From the NCBI RefSeq assembly GCF_001194135.2, contig NC_069000.1, forward strand, positions 42,368,337 to 42,403,854: a stretch of DNA of 35,518 nt, read 5' to 3'. The DNA comes from Octopus bimaculoides (Eukaryota). Made by a program: the position numbers and the translations under genes. The notes beneath the pieces were generated by a model, which made no database searches, had not been told where the DNA came from, and was given only the letters and a program-made list of their open reading frames with translations. Position 1 is the stretch's first letter; each line of letters opens with the position of its first letter. This document shows positions 22,083 to 33,099 of this stretch, one piece after another.

Positions 22083-22400
22083 TAATAATAATAATAATCC
22101 TTTTTTAGTATAGGCACAAAGCCTGAAATTTGAGGATGGGGACTAGTCAATTACATCAGCCCCAGTGTTTCACTGGTACTTAATTTATCGATCCTGTGAA
22201 GACGAAAAGCAAAGTCAACCTCGGCAGAATTTGAACTCAGAACATAAAGATTCTGTCAGCTCACCGCCTTAATAATAATAATAATAATGATAAGGCAAAT
22301 TTGTTCTAAGTGTCATTTGAACCTAGTACGTAAACATCCACAACAAATATCACAAAGTATTTTGTCTCATGCTGTAACAATTCTGCAAATTCACTATTTT
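21487..22400 (-). mobile_element. Head-to-tail array of 4-5 family D SINEs separated by (AAT)n tails
   Basis: Repeated units ...GGCACAAGG...ATCGACCCCAGT...GAAAGG...GAATTTGAACTCAG...CCAGCT, spaced by (AAT)n. Confidence 0.85.
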
Positions 22401-22418
22401 TGATAATAATTCTAAATA

Positions 22419-22635
22419 AGTTGGCAAATTGGCAGAACTGTTAGCATTCCGGTCAAAATGCTTAGCGGTATTTCATCTGTCTGCGTTCTGAGTCCAAATT
22501 CCACCCAGGTCAGCCTTGCTTCTCATCTTTTCAGAGATGATAAAATAAGTACCAGTTGAGTACTGGGGTGGATAGAATCGACTTATCCTCTCCCCCAAAA
22601 TTGCTGGCCTTGTGCCAAAATTTGAAACCATTATT
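22419..22635 (+). mobile_element. Near full-length family D SINE
   Basis: Reverse complement of the adjacent array units. Further + copies lie at about 23207, 24556, 28100 and 34445. Confidence 0.85.
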
Positions 22636-22647
22636 AATATTATAAAA

Positions 22648-22920
22648 TGGTTGAGTTCCTTTTGAGTGTTGGGCCTCACAGAGGTGAGATTGATGAGTTC
22701 CTTTTGAGCATTGGGCCTCATGGAGGCAAAGTGGCTGAGTTCCTCACAGAGGTGAGGAGGCTGAATTCCTTTCAAGCGTTGGGCATCAATGGAGGCAAAA
22801 TGGCTGAGTTCCTTTTGAACGGGCCTCACAGAGGTGAGGTGGCTGGATTCCTTTTGAGCGTTGGGCCTCGTGCAAGCAAAGTGACCGAGCTTCTTTCGAG
22901 TGTTGGGCTTCATAGAGGCA
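22648..22920 (+). repeat. ~42-bp minisatellite, about 7 units
   Basis: Unit is roughly TGGCTGAGTTCCTTTTGAGCGTTGGGCCTCA(CAGAGGTGAG/TGGAGGCAAA). Confidence 0.9.
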
Positions 22921-23208
22921 ATGACCAAGACCTTTGGTATTATGTCATGCTTGAGAAGACCCTTCAAGCCGAGCAAACCCGCAGTCATGGCAGATGCCGG
23001 TGCCACACAAATAGCACCTGTGTCGGTGGCACATAAAAGCGCCCATTACCTTCTGGAGTGGTTGACATTAGCAGGGACCTCCAGCCATAGAAAACCATGC
23101 CAAATCAAACTGGAGCCAGGTGCAGCCTTCCAGTGTGCCAGCCCAGTCAAACCGTCCAACCCATGCCAGCATGGACAACAGACGTTAAATGATGATGATG
23201 ATGATGAT
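22890..23208 (+). mobile_element. 3' end of RTE LINE or LINE-derived short element with (GAT)n tail (family C)
   Basis: Ends CCAACCCATGCCAGCATGG..GACGTTAAATGATGATG. The same 3' end occurs at 24937, 26288, 27494, 29692, 31040 and 31499. Confidence 0.85.
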
Positions 23209-23311
23209 GTAGCAAGCTGGCAGAATCATTAGCATGCCTGGGAAAGTACTTAGCAACATTTTGTCAATCTTTATATTCTAAGTTTAGATTCTGCTGAGGT
23301 TAATTTGTGGT

Positions 23312-23510
23312 CAAAGGATTCTGGATTATTTTTCTGTTTTTCTTTTTACTTAATTTTTGAGAGTGGTCAGGTTCATTTTTAGTATTCTCGTTTGTAAGAG
23401 CAGTTGAGTTTATTTCGGATATTCTCATTTTAAAAATCATCTCCGGCTAATCGTCGAAAGGACATTGGTGTTGCCTTGGCGGAGGGTTGCGCTCTCTGAA
23501 TACTCTTGTT
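23312..23510 (+). mobile_element. 3' part of HINE/DINE-1-like element
   Basis: Ends GCCTTGGCGGAGGGTTGCGCTCTCTGAATACTCTTGTT. GGCGGAGG is near-complementary to the CCTCCACC 5' sub-terminal motif at 8955. Confidence 0.5.
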
Positions 23511-24654
23511 TTATTTGTTATCCAACAAATCTATAATCAAAAAGATTCCGACTGTGACCCTTTCTTCTTTTTTTCCCTCTCTTTCTCTCTCTTCCCCCAG
23601 AACACTGGGTAAAACTATGTCTATGTTTTGTGTGCACTGACTCCCTTTACCTTGACTTTTGGGCCTTTCAACATCTTGTCAAACAATAGTTCAGCTATAA
23701 ATCTTGGCAAGCACTGCATCCATTTCACAGCCAGGCATGTCATAATTGGAGCCAGATAACAGAAAAATAAACTGTGACCCATATTACAATACAGCTTACA
23801 TATCAAGGATATAGTGTTGCTGCTACACTCACATACACACACACAAGCACACACACAAACTCCTGCACAAGCAATAGACTTCATTTTATGACTAGTTGTC
23901 GTCCTCAAAACTTAAGAGATGCTTTAGCTGAGGTCAATTACTAACCGACCAATCAGATATAAAATTTGAAATGCTCCACATTCAAATCCCTCCTCATATA
24001 TCGAGGTCAGTGTTGCAGGAGATATACACATGCATGTGCGCACATGCACATGCTCGTACATCCTTGACCTTAAGAAAACGAACACCATTTTGTTGATTTC
24101 ATAAACACTTGCTCGCCAACACAAACTTAAAACCATTGCCTTACAAACATACTATTTCTTCTTTCTAACTCTTCACCAACTGCTATGTGGTAGCTCAGTT
24201 TGCTAGAAATAGCAGCTAAGTCTCCCTCAACTCNNNNNNNNNNNNNNNNNNNNNNNNNNNNNNNNNNNNNNNNNNNNNNNNNNNNNNNNNNNNNNNNNNN
24301 NNNNNNNNNNNNNNNNNNNNNNNNNNNNNNNNNNNNNNNNNNNNNNNNNNNNNNNNNNNNNNNNNNNNNNNNNNNNNNNNNNNNNNNNNNNNNNNNNNNN
24401 NNNNNNNNNNNNNNNNNNNNNNNNNNNNNNNNNNNNNNNNNNNNNNNNNNNNNNNNNNNNNNNNNNNNNNNNNNNNNNNNNNNNNNNNNNNNNNNNNNNN
24501 NNNNNNNNNNNNNNNNNNNNNNNNNNNNNNNNNNNNNNNNNNNNNNNNNNNNNNAATACCAGTTGAGTACTGGGGTCGATGCATTCGACTACCCCCACCT
24601 TCCACCAAACTTCAAGTCTTGTGCTGAAATTTAGAATTAGTATTACTGATATAC

Positions 24655-24700
<46 letters not shown>

Positions 24701-24936
24701 TGGTTCTATATGGAATATGAGGAACTAAGTAACAAACTAAAGCTGTCTCCTCTATACAAGGTACCTGTGCCTTTCTGTCCATCATATTTTTGCCTCCCTA
24801 CACGGGGCATAATTTCATCTCCCTCCTTACTACAACTCAACTCAGTCGAAGGGTCTTTTTCCTTGTCTTGTAAGTTATTTGGCTACATCGCTTGTGTTAG
24901 TATCACGGAAAAAAGGACCCAATACCCTCTGTAAAG

Positions 24937-25083
24937 CGGGTGGCTTTAGAAAAGGCGTCCAGCCATAGAAACCCTGCCAAAGATGGCATCGGAGCTCAAC
25001 ACAGACCTCCAGCTCATTAGATCTTGTCAAATCATCCAACCCATGCTAGTATTGAAGATGGACATTAAGTGATGATGGTGATG
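24937..25083 (+). mobile_element. Family C 3' fragment
   Basis: CCAACCCATGCTAG...GGACATTAAGTGATGATGGTGATG. Confidence 0.7.
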
Positions 25084-25600
25084 TATGCATAATTTCCTAT
25101 GTAAATATATATCTTGCAGTGTATAACATGGGATAAAACGTGATGTGGTCTCAAAACCAAAATTATCCGCTGTAATTCGAGACAAGTTCTTGTTAGCACA
25201 TTCTACATGATTGTGCAATCGGCTATAAATAGCAGCTTAATCTCACTCAAATCACGCCTCACTCTCTTTTTTAAAAACAGAGGACCGCTTTAGATACTGT
25301 AGTGCAGAGAACACAGCGCTTGATCACAAAAAGTCAGGATCGCCATGGTTGGAATGCATTTGGTCACAGATCTGCTCAATCAAGAAGATAATTACGTACA
25401 GCACATTATTTGTCACTAGAGAGACCCACATAACAAAATACATTTGTTATTTGTATTCGCTTCATTGTTTTCAGATGCCATAATTGTGGTTTTGTGTTTG
25501 AGCATGGTTGAGTTGTTTGGGTGGTGTCAGATTAAATAACAAATCTGATCCGTTGTCAGGTTTAACACCCTCACCTGCCCTCCTTTGAAGTGATGTAATT

Positions 25601-25777
25601 CAGTGTTCCGCAACCAGTATGCCTGAGTACACAGATGTGCCACAGGACAATGTTAGGTGTGCCGCAGTGTAACCCGAATATAATTTTCGGCCCTATTCTT
25701 AGTCCACGTCTGCTGCCGAATTCTGAAAAGAATACCAGTGTACCACAAGTGTCAAAAAAAAGGGTTGCAGAGCCCTG
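25601..25777. mobile_element. Old hAT-like MITE
   Basis: TIR CAGTGTTCCGCAACC / GGTTGCAGAGCCCTG. The 8-bp flanks ATGTAATT and ATGCAGCT match at 5/8, and the mismatches are transitions. Confidence 0.5.
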
Positions 25778-26287
25778 ATGCAGCTCTGATTGTGTTTTCC
25801 CCCTCCAACTCTCTCAGGTCCCCAATTTTATACAGGCTTATACAGCAGACTCCAAACTGTTGCCCCAAATCAAAGCATCGCTCTGGGCAGACTGCTCTTA
25901 CTTCTGTCCCCACTTCAGGTATATTACTGCCCCCTTGAATGCTTTTGACAATCTCTACTCCAATCCCAGCATTCATATGTGTGTGTGTGTGTGTGTTTAC
26001 ACCTGCAATCTGCTGTCATTAGTATGAAATGGGTGATAGGTGACGGTCTTGTCAATTTTGCCGTCAACATCTCTTCCCCTCATTCCCTCACTTTGAGCAT
26101 AAGAAGCCATGTGGAATAAGAAATCCTTTACTTGTAAAACAATTAAGGGCTTCTATGAGAAACGGCATCAGGCTGTAAAACAATACTTCATATTACACAT
26201 ATTTGTTCAGCCTATGGAGAAACAGACCTAAAATACTAAAATAGATGTGTGTGTGTGTGTATATATACATACATATATATATATATA

Positions 26288-27493
26288 TCATCATCATCGT
26301 TTAACGTCCGCTTTCCATGCTAGCATGGGTTGGACGATTTGACTGAGGACTGGTGAAACCGGATGGCAACACCAGGCTCCAGTCTAATTTGGCAGAGTTT
26401 CTACAGCTGGATGCCCTTCCTAACGCCAACCACTCAGAGAGTGTAGTGGGTGCTTTTATGTGTCACTCGCANNNNNNNNNNNNNNNNNNNNNNNNNNNNN
26501 NNNNNNNNNNNNNNNNNNNNNNNNNNNNNNNNNNNNNNNNNNNNNNNNNNNNNNNNNNNNNNNNNNNNNNNNNNNNNNNNNNNNNNNNNNNNNNNNNNNN
26601 NNNNNNNNNNNNNNNNNNNNNNNNNNNNNNNNNNNNNNNNNNNNNNNNNNNNNNNNNNNNNNNNNNNNNNNNNNNNNNNNNNNNNNNNNNNNNNNNNNNN
26701 NNNNNNNNNNNNNNNNNNNNNNNNNNNNNNNNNNNNNNNNNNNNNNNNNNNNNNNNNNNNNNNNNNNNNNNNNNNNNNNNNNNNNNNNNNNNNNNNNNNN
26801 NNNNNNNNNNNNNNNNNNNNNNNNNNNNNNNNNNNNNNNNNNNNNNNNNNNNNNNNNNNNNNNNNNNNNNNNNNNNNNNNNNNNNNNNNNNNNNNNNNNN
26901 NNNNNNNNNNNNNNNNNNNNNNNNNNNNNNNNNNNNNNNNNNNNNNNNNNNNNNNNNNNNNNNNNNNNNNNNNNNNNNNNNNNNNNNNNNNNNNNNNNNN
27001 NNNNNNNNNNNNNNNNNNNNNNNNNNNNNNNNNNNNNNNNNNNNNNNNNNNNNNNNNNNNNNNNNNNNNNNNNNNNNNNNNNNNNNNNNNNNNNNNNNNN
27101 NNNNNNNNNNNNNNNNNNNNNNNNNNNNNNNNNNNNNNNNNNNNNNNNNNNNNNNNNNNNNNNNNNNNNNNNNNNNNNNNNNNNNNNNNNNNNNNNNNNN
27201 NNNNNNNNNNNNNNNNNNNNNNNNNNNNNNNNNNNNNNNNNNNNNNNNNNNNNNNNNNNNNNNNNNNNNNNNNNNNNNNNNNNNNNNNNNNNNNNNNNNN
27301 NNNNNNNNNNNNNNNNNNNNNNNNNATGTCCTCAGCAGTTACAGCCCATGTTTCACTGCCATGTAGCATGGCTGTTCGTACGCATGCGTCATACAGTCTG
27401 CCTTTTACTCTGAGTGAGAGTCCCTTTGTCGCCAGCAGGGGTAAGAGCTCTCTAAACTTTGCCCAGGCTATTCTTATTCTAGCAGCTACACTT
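26288..27493 (-). mobile_element. RTE-clade LINE 3' portion (mostly inside an N gap)
   Basis: Minus-strand peptide SVAARIRIAWAKFRELLPLLATKGLSLRVKGRLYDACVRTAMLHGSETWAVTAED (post-RT region of RTE ORF2). The family C 3' tail is at 26288. Confidence 0.85.
26472..27325. other. Largest assembly gap (others start at about 1099, 2126, 2444, 5741, 7199, 8537, 13778 and 24234)
   Basis: N runs, mostly adjacent to microsatellites or repeats. Their content is unknown and could hide exons. Confidence 0.99.
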
Positions 27494-27680
27494 TCATCAT
27501 CGTTTAACGTCCGCTTTCCATGCTGGCATGGGTTAGACAGTTTGACTGGAGCTGATAAGCCGGAGAGCTGCACCAAATTCCATTCTGATTTGGCATGGTT
27601 TCTACAGCTGGATGCCCTTCCTGACGCCAACCATACTCCAGGAGTATGATGGGTGCTTTTACATGCCACTGGCACAGCTT
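27494..27680 (-). mobile_element. Family C 3' fragment abutting the LINE body
   Basis: TCATCATCGTTTAACGTCCGCTTTCCATGC... is near-identical to 26288 and 31499. Confidence 0.85.
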
Positions 27681-27963
27681 CCATTTACATAGTGCATATA
27701 TATATATATATTTCAATAATAATAAATAAAAGGGTCAAATTTAATTAATTAGCTAATCAATTAATTAATTGATAATTTTACCAAGTAGTTCGGTACATTA
27801 AAATAACCTTTTTAGGTAAAATTATACAGATATTCTATAATTATAAACATAATTATAATTAGGGGTCAGCTAATTACTTTGCCACGCACCGAATTTAGAA
27901 ATAGGAGTTAAATACCTTTTCTACTACCATAATGATAGTAGAAAAGGCACTTAAAACTTTTAT

Positions 27964-28096
27964 TAGCAGTAGTAGTAGTAGTAGTAGTAGCAGCAGCAGC
28001 TGCAGTAGTAGTAGTAGTAGTAGTAGCAGCAGCAGTAGTTGTAGTAATAGTAGCAGCAGTAGTAGTAATAGTAGTAGTAGTAGTAGTAGTAGTAGT
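27964..28096. repeat. Compound (TAG/CAG)n microsatellite
   Basis: Directly visible. Confidence 0.95.
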
Positions 28097-28814
28097 TAAC
28101 AAGCTGGCAGAATCACTACTGTGTCAGGTCCAATGCAAATACCAGTCAAATACTGGGGTCAATGTAATGCACTAGCCCCTTCCTTTTAAAATTGCTGGCC
28201 TTGTGCCAAGATTAGAAAGAATTCTAGTTATTGGCTTTCACTGCTTATGTTCCGGCTGTGATCATCCTGCCTGTTCTTTTTTTATTTTATATTTTGTTCA
28301 GACTTAGTTTGTTTCCATTGTCTTATGTAGTCTTCACCCACAATCTTTTTCATAAAAAAACACTAAGGTGTTGTTTGACTGCTATTTCTAGCATGTTGAA
28401 TAATCACATAGAGGTTTCCTCTATTTGATGTTGTTGGTTTCACTTCTGCTTTTGCCACTATTGTTGTTGTTGTTGTTGCCTATCTGGCTTTTATTCTTGT
28501 TGTTGCTGTATTGCTTTTTTTTAAAATTTATTTTGTTAATTAACCCAAGATTGCTTTAGAATTAATTGTATGTGTGTGTATGTTTTCAATTTTCTAATTT
28601 TAACTAACTTCAGTGCACCCATATTATCCTTATAATCACTAATCTATCTATAAATGCATTTGGAGTGCATTTAGCTGCTGCAGTTGAAACAGTAAAATTG
28701 CTCGTTTGAACTATTTTGATATATATATGAGTTATCTTTCCTTGTTTTCTCTTTTGTGTTTGTTTTGGGTTATTTTTTTTTCTTTTTACATTTTACTGTA
28801 TTTATATCTTAATA

Positions 28815-29349
28815 CAGGACTATTCAAAAAGAACGAACCAATTTAATTATGCAATATCTTAATAAGGAAAAGCAATAGAAAACTCCAGCTAAGTCCCAAG
28901 TATTTACTCACAATCAACTTTTATTTACTGTCTTATAAGTGTTCAATGTGGCCACCACTAGAGAATTCCTCCCAGACACGTATCAGCATATCATGATCCC
29001 TTGAATTGATCATTTGTTATTCAATGTTTAACGTCATTGAGGTTAATGGGTGGGGGTGGAACATAAGCACGATCTTTTACATATCCCCCACAAGAAAAAC
29101 ATCACACCCATCGAACAACAACGGCGATCAACTCAGTGGCTCGTGATATGCTGATACGCATCTGGGAGGAATTTTCTTATCGCATTAACGTTGCCCATGC
29201 TGCAGGTGGTGGCCACATTGAACAATTGTAAGACAGGAAATAAAAGTTGATTGTGAGTAAATACTTGGGAATCAGCTGGAGTTTTCTATTGCTTTTCCTT
29301 ACTAAAATGTTGCAGAATGAAATCGGTTCATTCTTTTTGAATGACACTA
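28815..29349. mobile_element. Tc1/mariner fold-back element built from two transposon right ends
   Basis: TA flanks and ~200-bp inverted arms. + strand reads TTAINSVARDMLIRIWEEFSYRINVAHAAGGGHIEQL*; - strand reads DVFLWGYVKDRAYVPP. Confidence 0.85.
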
Positions 29350-29691
29350 TACTTCTCACTATTCAGACTCTGTCTTCCATTCACTCTGCTTTTCTCTCTC
29401 TTTCACTCTCTCTCTCTCTCTATCTCTCTTTCTCTGCTTCTTCCCTCTCTCTCTCTCTCTCTTTGCCTTTCTACTCCTTTCTCTCTCTGCTTCGTTCCCC
29501 TCCCCTTTATGGCAGCTCTCACCTCATCCTGCTCCTCATGAACACTTCATCATTTTTATGAGTTCAGCCTCCTTCCACTACAACCACCATCACTGCTACC
29601 ACTACTCCCACTGCTGCCAATCCTGCACACATGCACATCCTCACTTCTTACATTCCCCCTCCCCTCTTAATCCTCTACCACTGCTTATTAT

Positions 29692-29935
29692 TATCATCAT
29701 CATCATCATCATCATTTAATGTCCACTTTTCCATGCTTGCATGATGTTGGGCAGAATTTTGTTCAAGCAGATTTTCCATAGCTGGATGCCTCTCCTGTCA
29801 CTAACCCTCATCTGTTTCCAAGCAAGCTAATATTCACCCCTCCCCTGATCAGACATGTCTTCATGAATGATTGGAAATGAATGAAATTACACACTGCTCG
29901 TATGACAATGGCACTCGTTTACAGCTATGTCCAGG
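29692..29935 (-). mobile_element. Family C-related element with (ATC)n tail
   Basis: TCATCATCATTTAATGTCCACTTTTCCATGCTTGCATG...TAGCTGGATGCC. Confidence 0.7.
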
Positions 29936-29984
29936 CAAGTAGTGACACAAATACACACGCATACGCATGTAGATACATACTCTT

Positions 29985-30850
29985 CCACTCTATTACTTGT
30001 TTCAGTCATTTGACTGTGGCCATGCTGGAGCACCACCTTAATGGGGTTTTTTTTTAGTCGAAGAAATCAACCCTGGAACTTAGTCATTGTAAGTTTAGTA
30101 CTTATTCTACCAGTCTCTTTTGCCAAACTGCTAAGTTATGGGGACATAAACACACCAACATCGGTTGTCAAGTGATGGTGGAGAGACAAACACAGGTACA
30201 TACATACACACACACACACATACATACTGAGGGCAAAGAAATAAAAACCCGCAATATGGTAGAAGCCATAGTCACTCATAATAAAAAGAAATACTGGTGG
30301 AATGTACCTGTGAAGACCTCAATAAAATGCAATCACAACAGGCCTGATATAATGATTTGGGATAGAGAAGAGAAACTGTGCACAGTTGTGAAAATTAGCT
30401 GCCCAGCGGATGTTAACATAAAGCTGAAGATCAGTGAAAAGGAGAACACCTATGCTGAACTATTGAGAAATCTACAGTTACTCTATCCAGATTACAAGTT
30501 CAGGTTTATACCTGTAATTATTGGGGACACTGGGATATGTAACACACGGCCTAAATACCAATCTTGAGAAATTAAGCTTCTCAAAACAAGAAAAGAGAAA
30601 GCTAATCCTGGGACTGAACCCAGAACCATATGGTTGGGAAGGAAGCTTATTACCTCACAGCCATGCTTGCACCTATGTACATATATACAATGGACTTGCT
30701 TTCAGTTTCCATCTACCAAATCCACTTATAAGGCTTTGGTTGGTCAGGAGTTATTACAGAATTCTTGTCCAAGATGGCCCACTGTGAGACTGAACCCAAG
30801 ACCATGTGCTTGGAAAGTAAATTTCTTAACCACACAGCCACACTCATACC
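29985..30850 (-). mobile_element. Family A SINE pieces (right arm 29985-30195; heads 30605-30670 and 30680-30850)
   Basis: Reverse complements of the arms of the full copy at 12155-12575. Confidence 0.8.
30225..30603 (+). mobile_element. RLE domain fragment of R4/Dong-like non-LTR retrotransposon
   Basis: KYWWNVPVKTSIKCNHNRPDIMIWDREEKLCTVVKISCPADVNIKLKISEKENTY... is a PD-(D/E)xK-type endonuclease; one frameshift. Confidence 0.85.
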
Positions 30851-31498
30851 ATGTGTGTTTGTGTGTGTGTGTGTGCACATATGTTTGTAAGGATGTTTAC
30901 ATTTTGTAATCTTATGAGTTAGTTTGGTATCCACTGTTGCCATTTCCCTGTTGACAATTCATCCAGTGGCTCTGCACTTTCAAACACATGCCATCCGCAG
31001 TGAAAAATCCCTTAGTTGAAAAAGAAGAGCACCCAGTCACTGGAAACTGCCTTAACTCACTCAGCTAACCCATGCAGGCATAGAAAAACGGACGTTAAAA
31101 CAATGATGATGATGATGAATCTGTTTATTGCTGCTTGGCAAAGAAAAACAAAGAATGAAAGCAGATAATCTTTCTTGAAGAATTCCTAAGTTTGATAAAG
31201 AAGAATTTCTTTTCAGACAGCTTAATAATCACATTGTTAATCTTAATCCTGTCTTGGGAAATTTTCCCCACTCCCACCACCTCTCTTATTATCTTTTTTT
31301 TTTTCAACCTTGTTTTTTTCCATCTTCTGGTTTTCTTTGTCATTTTTTACATTTAACTTTGTATTTTTCTTCTTTCATTTCATTTTTTTTGTTTCTTCTT
31401 AAATCCTGTTGTGTCTGATGGGAAAAACAGTCCAGCACAGTTTTAAAGATAAACTTTGTAGGTCAGCATTTTTCTGATCTGACACCCACTCTGTATAT

Positions 31499-31800
31499 AT
31501 CATCATCATCATTTAACGTCCGCTTTCTATACTAGCATGGGTTGGACGGTTTGACTGAGGACTGGCGAACCAGAAGGCTGCACCAGGCTCCAATCTGATC
31601 TGGCAGAGTTTCTACAGCTGGATGCCCTTCCTAACGCCAACCACTCAGAGAGTGTAGTGGGTGCTTTTACGTGTCACCCGCACGAAAACGGCCACGCTCG
31701 AAATGGTGTCTTTTATGTGCCACCCGCATAAGAGCCAGTCCAGGGGCACTGGCAACGATCTCGCTCGAAAACCCTACAAGGCCAGTCAGGCGGTACTAAC
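31499..31800 (-). mobile_element. Family C (RTE 3' end) copy
   Basis: Near-identical to 26288-26471. Confidence 0.9.
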
Positions 31801-32283
31801 GGCTCCTTTCAGTTTCCGTCTACCAAATCCACTCACAAAGCTTTGGTCAGCCCAAGTCTATAATAGAAGACACTTATATATATGGTGGTTGCCTACTCAT
31901 GGAGAGTCTGACCACCTCTTCTACTTACACCTAAGATCTTTCATGATATCTGATGTGACACCCACATAGATTGCATATCTGCTTTAGACCATCAAGAACT
32001 GCACTTAAGTTTTGATATTTGTGGATCTTAAAATGTCTTTTGAGGCCTCCGTTAAATTTGCAGACCTTATGGCATTGACAGGTATGCGCAAATAGATAGG
32101 CAAAGTAGCAGGTGGAGGTTCAGTTTTTATGGGTCCGCAAAAGAGATTTGAGCCCAGCAAAAGAAAGGCATGAATCTGTCACAAACCGTGTGCACAAGAG
32201 GGTGGTTGGGATTCGTTTTCTCGTTGATCGTAGCATCAAGGTGGGTGAGAGAGTTGGTATATGTGAAAGCACATGGTTGGATG

Positions 32284-32590
32284 TATATAAAACAAAATAA
32301 AATGAAAAAGCTACAGAAGATTTGTATTATATGGTTAAAAAATATATTAAAATCATCATGTTAGGAGAATGATATAAAATTTTGTGTAGTGACATTGTTT
32401 GGGGAGGAATAACCGGTTTTGTATTTTCTTTTCAAATTTCTCAAATTTCTTTCGGTCAAGAAATTCAAGAAATTTGGAAAGAAAATACGAAACCGGTTTT
32501 ATATCATTTTCCTAACATGATGATTTTAATATATTTTTTAACCATATAATACAAATCTTCTGTAGCTTTTTCATTCTATTTTGTTATATA
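32284..32590. mobile_element. TA-flanked fold-back element (MITE-like)
   Basis: ~95-bp outer arms and ~31-bp inner arms are almost perfectly inverted. Confidence 0.8.
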
Positions 32591-33099
32591 TATATATATA
32601 TAACCCATGCAGTAGGGTTGCTCCCAAAACTGTGCTTGGGAAGCCAACTTCTGACCCACATTGGTTATAATAATAATAATAAGAAGAAGAAGAAAGTAAT
32701 TACTAGCTTCAATATGACTTAAGATTTTTTATGTATGTTCATCTTTTTATCAATTTCTATCATTTTTGCAATTCAGGTTCTGTAATCAGAGTCAATATTC
32801 AATATTATTATTTAAAATCAATATTCCAGATTAAAAAAGAACTTTTGAAATTCTTATTTCTAAATCTTTTAAATATTTATTCCTACCATTCTCGCTTTAC
32901 CTTTTTCTCTTACCTGGATTTTCCTCTTCAGACATGTTGTTTGCCTAGATTTCATCTCCCGTCTTAACTTTGTCACCATTGAACTACAATTCTCATCACA
33001 CGATCACACCACCTGCGCAATCCATGTCAGTCTCTTTCGTATCCTCCTCCTCTTCATCATCATCATCTTCTTCATCTTTGTCCATCTCCGTCCCTACAG

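Noticed and set aside
22648-22920. CRISPR-like array or repeat-protein ORFs (22473-23006, 22647-23036)
   Set aside because: Contiguous degenerate tandem units with no unique spacers, eukaryotic context and no cas genes. The ORFs arise from the repeat periodicity.
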